From: Macrostomum lignano | Lineage: Eukaryota | Direction: 5' to 3' | Length of the DNA: 64,000 nt | NCBI GenBank assembly: GCA_002269645.1 | Contig: NIVC01003444.1 | Coordinates: 1-64,000, forward strand | Shown: positions 59,697 to 64,000 of the stretch, one piece after another | Layout of the letters: each line of letters starts with the position of its first letter | Position numbering within the stretch: the first letter of the stretch is position 1 | Translations under genes and position numbers: made by a program | The notes under the pieces: model-generated | Seen by the model: only the letters and a program-made list of their open reading frames with translations | Database searches by the model: none | What the model was told of the DNA's origin: nothing

Positions 59697-62600
59697 GTAA
59701 GTTTTTAATGTTTAATGTTTCTACTGTAATGGTTTTTGTCTATGTCAAAAACTAAGATAGTAGTAAGCTCTTCTTTACACTGAGCTCTTCCCATTAAAAT
59801 TGTGGAAAACTACAACCTTGCCAAGTTGTCACATAATAGTTAATATTGTATTGAGTCCTAAACCGAAAATGATTAAAACGTATGCATACAGGACACTGTA
59901 TACAAATAAATGTTAATCAAAGACTAAAACTTGTAGTTAATGCAATACTTTTTAACTTCACACTTTTGATTATATATATATATATGTGTCATTATTATAG
60001 TTATATTCATTTTTAAGGCAATAAAATTCATACATTTATGCATAGAATGATTTTAGAAATAAAATTTTATTCACTGGATATTTTTGTTTTATTGCTTTTT
60101 AAACTTTGTTGCAGTTACTTTGTTTATTAAATCATACTTTTAAAATATTTTGCATTTTAAAAACCATTTAAAAGAAACTAATTTATTGATTTTTAAGGAT
60201 TAGGTTTGTTTGTGTTTTTGTTAAGGAAAGTTAATATAAAGGCTTTAATAGCTGTATTTTTAGCCTAATTCTAAACTAATTGCTTTGCCCATCCAAAAGC
60301 ATACTATATCCAAGGAGTAATAATAGTGAAAAAAAAAATGTTTTGTAAAATTATGCATATATATTTTTAAATTTTATTTCGTTTTGAGTATTATATCTAA
60401 CTATTTTTAATAGGTTGTTTAAAATTGGTTATTAATTTCATCATGTTTATGCCATAATAACAGATCGCAAATTCTGCATAGCTAATGCTCAAATTGAGCA
60501 TAGACCAGTGATATTCTGCAATGATGGCTTCTGTGAACTCGTTGGCTACACAAGAGCTGACATCATGCAGCGCTCAGCTTGCATGGACTTCCTGCATGGC
60601 CCACTGACTAGCGTTCAGTCCATCACGGATCTGAGGGATGCCCTCAATGGGCGAGATGAGCGCCAGATTCAAATTCTATTTTACAAGAAAGATGGTGAGA
60701 GTTTGGGATGAATGGGCCTGTTCTATGATTTTATTTGAGTATGTCTCATAAGTTTTTGCACTAATATCTAACAGTTAAATATACCACATCGAACAAGTTA
60801 GACACCAAAGTCTAACAGGTTAAACAACCATACATAATAGGTTAAACACCCGTGTCTAACATATGACCCTCACTCTGTTCCTCTCTAACAGGCACCAGAT
60901 TTCAGTCTAACACCATGGTGGCACCAGTTCGCAACGAATCCTCTGATGTCATGTTCTACATTCTCACCTTTCAAGTCGAAGGTCAGACCTCGTTTTTCGC
61001 CGGCACCGCGGCTCAGAGAAGAGGTTTGGCGCCAATTTGATTGATTAATTTGTTTTTCTGAGCTGTTTAGAAGGCCTCCAATACAGTAAGTTTTTTAGTA
61101 TTAAATCAGAAAACTTTTGATTCAACCTTGATTGGGAGCTGCAGTTGGCTGGCTACATTATGTACATGTAACAACCTGTTGCTGGCGCCCCTGGTTCTGG
61201 CGCCCCTGGTGCTGGCGCCCCTGGTGCTGGCGCCCCTGGTGCTGGCGCCCCTGGTGCTGGCGCCCCTGGTGCTGGCGCCCCTGGTGCTGGCGCCCCTGGT
61301 GCTGGCGCCCCTGGTGCTGGCGCCCCTGGTGCTGGCGCCCCTGGTGCTGGCGCCCCTGGTGCTGGCGCCCCTGGTGCTGGCGCCCCTGGTGCTGGCGCCC
61401 CTGGTGCTGGCGCCCCTGGTGCTGGCGCCCCTGGTGCTGGCGCCCCTGGTGCTGGCGCCCCTGGTGCTGGCGCCCCTGGTGCTGGCGCCCCTGGTGCTGG
61501 CGCCCTGGTGCCCCTAAAGCCCCATGCAAGCAAATTTAACTAACTTTCATTTCAGTAGTTTCTTAAGCGTAAAATTTCCATTTTTGACTGGTACTACTTA
61601 AAATGCATATTGGCATGGCAATTTTTAGCATGATCCTGCTATATTTGTGATGCATGCAGTTCTAATTAGAAGCTAATTTCATTAGTTTTTTGTTCGACCA
61701 CGAGAGCCCATGACTGCTTGTTTCAATTTGTACTTCACAGAAAATCGAATTTATCAAATCAATTTAAAACCTTGAGGGAAAATTTGTCCCGCCTCTGCGG
61801 GAAAGGAAATATTTAAAGGCTTAATTTAAAATAAATGATTACTAAGACACAAGATGGGGTGGAGACAATCAGACAAAGGCATCGGGTTCGATTCCCACAT
61901 TTCCCAGATTTTTGAAGTGTCACATTTTTACTAAACTTGCGCCAAAAAATCAAATTATATTTTTAATATTCGACTTCTTTCGGCAAACTCGCATGCAGGC
62001 TCCAACCTCACTCTTGGCAGCTCGTCAATTGGTAAAGCTGCAGTGTTTCAAGTTGTCTGTTTTCTTGTGTTATGCTTTTAACTTGCAAATACAATTGTCT
62101 TGTAAATGGCTCTTTGAAAGAAGTCTGTAATAATTTTCTTAGACCTGCGTGTCCTCGTCAAGACCTACATTAAGCTTCTACTTATAATGAAGATTTCTTG
62201 TCAAAATGGTAGATTAAACTAAGCACACATACTGTTGTCAGAGCAACATATTAACATTCGACTGCATGGAAAAGAGCCTATATGGTCTAAAAGTGATATT
62301 TTTTTATGAATTTGAAACACTTAAAACTACTCGAGTAAATATACAAAGTAGTCTATTTATAGTAGGCAAGCAGCGAATATTGCTAGAAAAATTTCAATAA
62401 GTCAACTAAATATGCTTTCTCTCGGGTATTTTCTTTATTTTTAAAGGCAGCCTCGGTCTTCGTGACACCATCCGCGGCCTGTGGCGCGGTGCCCTGGTCG
62501 GGCTGCACCTTCGAAGAGATTCGCCAACAGGAGTTGATGACGATGGAGCCGGCGGCACCGGGTCGGCGCCTGGCGCCAGCGCAACCGGAGCCGGAATTGG

Positions 62601-62740
62601 CGGCAAGGACAAGCGAGGAGGCGGCGGCGGGGGCGGCGGGCTGTTGAATGCCGACCACTGCGGCGGCAGTCTGCTGTCGCTGAGTCCCAGCTTTGATGGC
62701 CTGGACCTGAGCTGCGCCAGCGCCAATCTGGCCGGCCAGC
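59621..62740 (+). CDS. KCNH2: erg-subfamily (KCNH2/6/7-like) voltage-gated K+ channel, 5' exons with PAS domain: 59621-59696, 60464-60694, 60892-60981 (or 61023), 62447-62740; continues beyond the window
   Basis: [25 protein letters not shown] matches the hERG N-terminus almost exactly; [36 protein letters not shown]...FYKKDG is the EAG PAS domain. The symbol denotes the erg subfamily. Confidence 0.93.
60464..60694 (+). CDS. KCNH2: erg channel exon 2 (231 nt, PAS)
   Basis: AACAG acceptor, GTGAG donor at 60695. Confidence 0.93.
60892..61023 (+). CDS. KCNH2: erg channel exon 3 (PAC); donor at 60982 or 61024, both phase 1
   Basis: [29 protein letters not shown] resembles the PAC motif. Confidence 0.8.
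61182..61510. repeat. 15-bp minisatellite (GGTGCTGGCGCCCCT)n, KCNH intron 3
   Basis: Same unit as 42005-42250. Confidence 0.97.
62447..62740 (+). CDS. Probable erg channel exon 4 (Gly-rich proximal N-terminal linker)
   Basis: TTTAAAG| acceptor after a pyrimidine tract, open phase-1 frame [32 protein letters not shown] donor at 62741. Confidence 0.6.
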
Positions 62741-62759
62741 GTGAGTGCCGGGGCAGATG

Positions 62760-64000
62760 AAGATGGGAGCAGAAGAAGGAAGGGAGATGAAGGGAGAGGT
62801 GGGGAGATGAATGGAGAGGTGGGGAGATGAAGGGAGAGGTAGGGAGATGAAGGGAGAGGTAGGGAGATGAAGGGAGAGGTGGGGAGATGAAGGGAGAGGT
62901 AGGGAGATGAATGGAGAGGTAGGGAGATGAAGGGAGAGGTGGGGAGATGAAGGGAGAGGTAGGGAGATGAATGGAGAGGTAGGGAGATGAAGGGAGAGGT
63001 GGGGAGATGAAGGGAGAGGTAGGGAGATGAATGGAGAGGTAGGGAGATGAAGGGAGAGGTGGGGAGATGAAGGGAGAGGTAGGGAGATGAAGGGAGAGGT
63101 GGGGAGATGAATGGAGAGGTAGGGAGATGAAGGGAGAGGTGGGGAGATGAAGGGAGAGGTAGGGAGATGAAGGGAGAGGTAGGGAGATGAAGGGAGAGGT
63201 GGGGAGATGAAGGGAGAGGTAGGGAGATGAATGGAGGGGTAGGGAGATGAAGGGAGAGGTGGGGAGATGAAGGGAGACGTAGGGTGATGAAGGGAGAGGT
63301 GGGGAGATGAAGGGAGAGGTGGGGAGATGAAGGGAGAGGAAGGAAAAGAGGGAAAGAGAGGAAAGGAGTGAGGGAGAGAGTGAGTTAAAGAAGACAGTGA
63401 GGGGAGGGAGAGAAAGGGAGAGGTAGGGAGAGGGAGGAAAGGAGAGTTAGGAAGAGAGAGAGCCTCGAAAGGAAGGGAGAGAGGAAGGGAGAGAGGGAGG
63501 GAGAGAGGGAGGGAGAGGAAGGGAGAGAGGGAGGGAGAGGGAGGGAGAGGAAGGGAGAGAGGGAGGGAGAGGAAGGTAGAGAGGGAGGGAGAGGAAGGGA
63601 GAGAGGGAGGGAGAGAAAGGGAGAGAGGGAGGGAGAGGGAGGGAGAGAGGGAGGGAGAGAGGGAGGGAGAGGAAGGGAGAGAGGGAGGGAGAGGGAGGGA
63701 GAGGAAGGGAGAGAGGGAGGGAGAGGAAGGTAGAGAGGGAGGGAGAGGAAGGGAGAGAGGGAGGGAGAGAAAGGGAGAGAGGGAGGGAGAGGGAGGGAGA
63801 GAGGGAGGGAGAGGAAGGTAGAGAGGGAGGGAGAGGAAGGGAGAGAGGGAGGGAGAGAAAGGGAGAGAGGGAGGGAGAGGAAGGGAGAGAGGGAGGGAGA
63901 GGAAGGGAGAGAGGGAGGGAGAGGAAGGGAGAGAGGGAGGGAGAGGAAGGGAGAGAGGGAGGGAGAGGAAGGGAGAGAGGAAGGGAGAGAGGGAGGGAGA
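62760..64000. repeat. Purine-rich repeats: 20-bp (GGGAGATGAAGGGAGAGGTR)n to ~63335, then a GA-only tract
   Basis: Direct reading. Confidence 0.95.

Noticed and set aside
61860-61905. GGTTCGATTCCC B-box-like motif (also GGTTCGAATC on - near 54205)
   Set aside because: No cloverleaf or convincing A-box; at most tRNA/SINE-like fragments, not supportable as tRNA genes.

Overview
Eukaryotic (metazoan) genomic DNA with GT-AG introns, GC-rich exons and a different mini/microsatellite in most introns. The style suggests a lophotrochozoan such as a Macrostomum-like flatworm, which is an unverified inference. Contents: (1) the 3' end (TM2-TM4) of a Cys-loop/nicotinic-receptor-type subunit on +, 1-5851; (2) a complete 27-exon, ~48 kb gene on - (55557->7657) for a giant secreted SCO-spondin/gel-forming-mucin-like protein of ~12,000 aa if single-base indels are corrected: signal peptide, EMI, EGF, 3x VWD-C8-TIL, 5 LDLa, a single 28.5 kb exon holding 19 nearly identical ~1491-bp units (two degenerate F5/8C/discoidin-like domains separated by Thr-rich linkers), 7 TSP1 with TIL/VWC-like modules, and a C-terminal cystine knot; (3) between this gene and the next, a DUF4806/BEN-like gene fragment flanked by 28-bp tandem arrays plus a GTCGC palindrome cluster; (4) the 5' exons (PAS domain) of a divergently transcribed erg/KCNH2-type potassium channel on +, from 59621. 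All exon phases of the giant gene were checked by hand and are consistent. Exons 21 and 26 contain internal single-base indels that are probably sequence errors.
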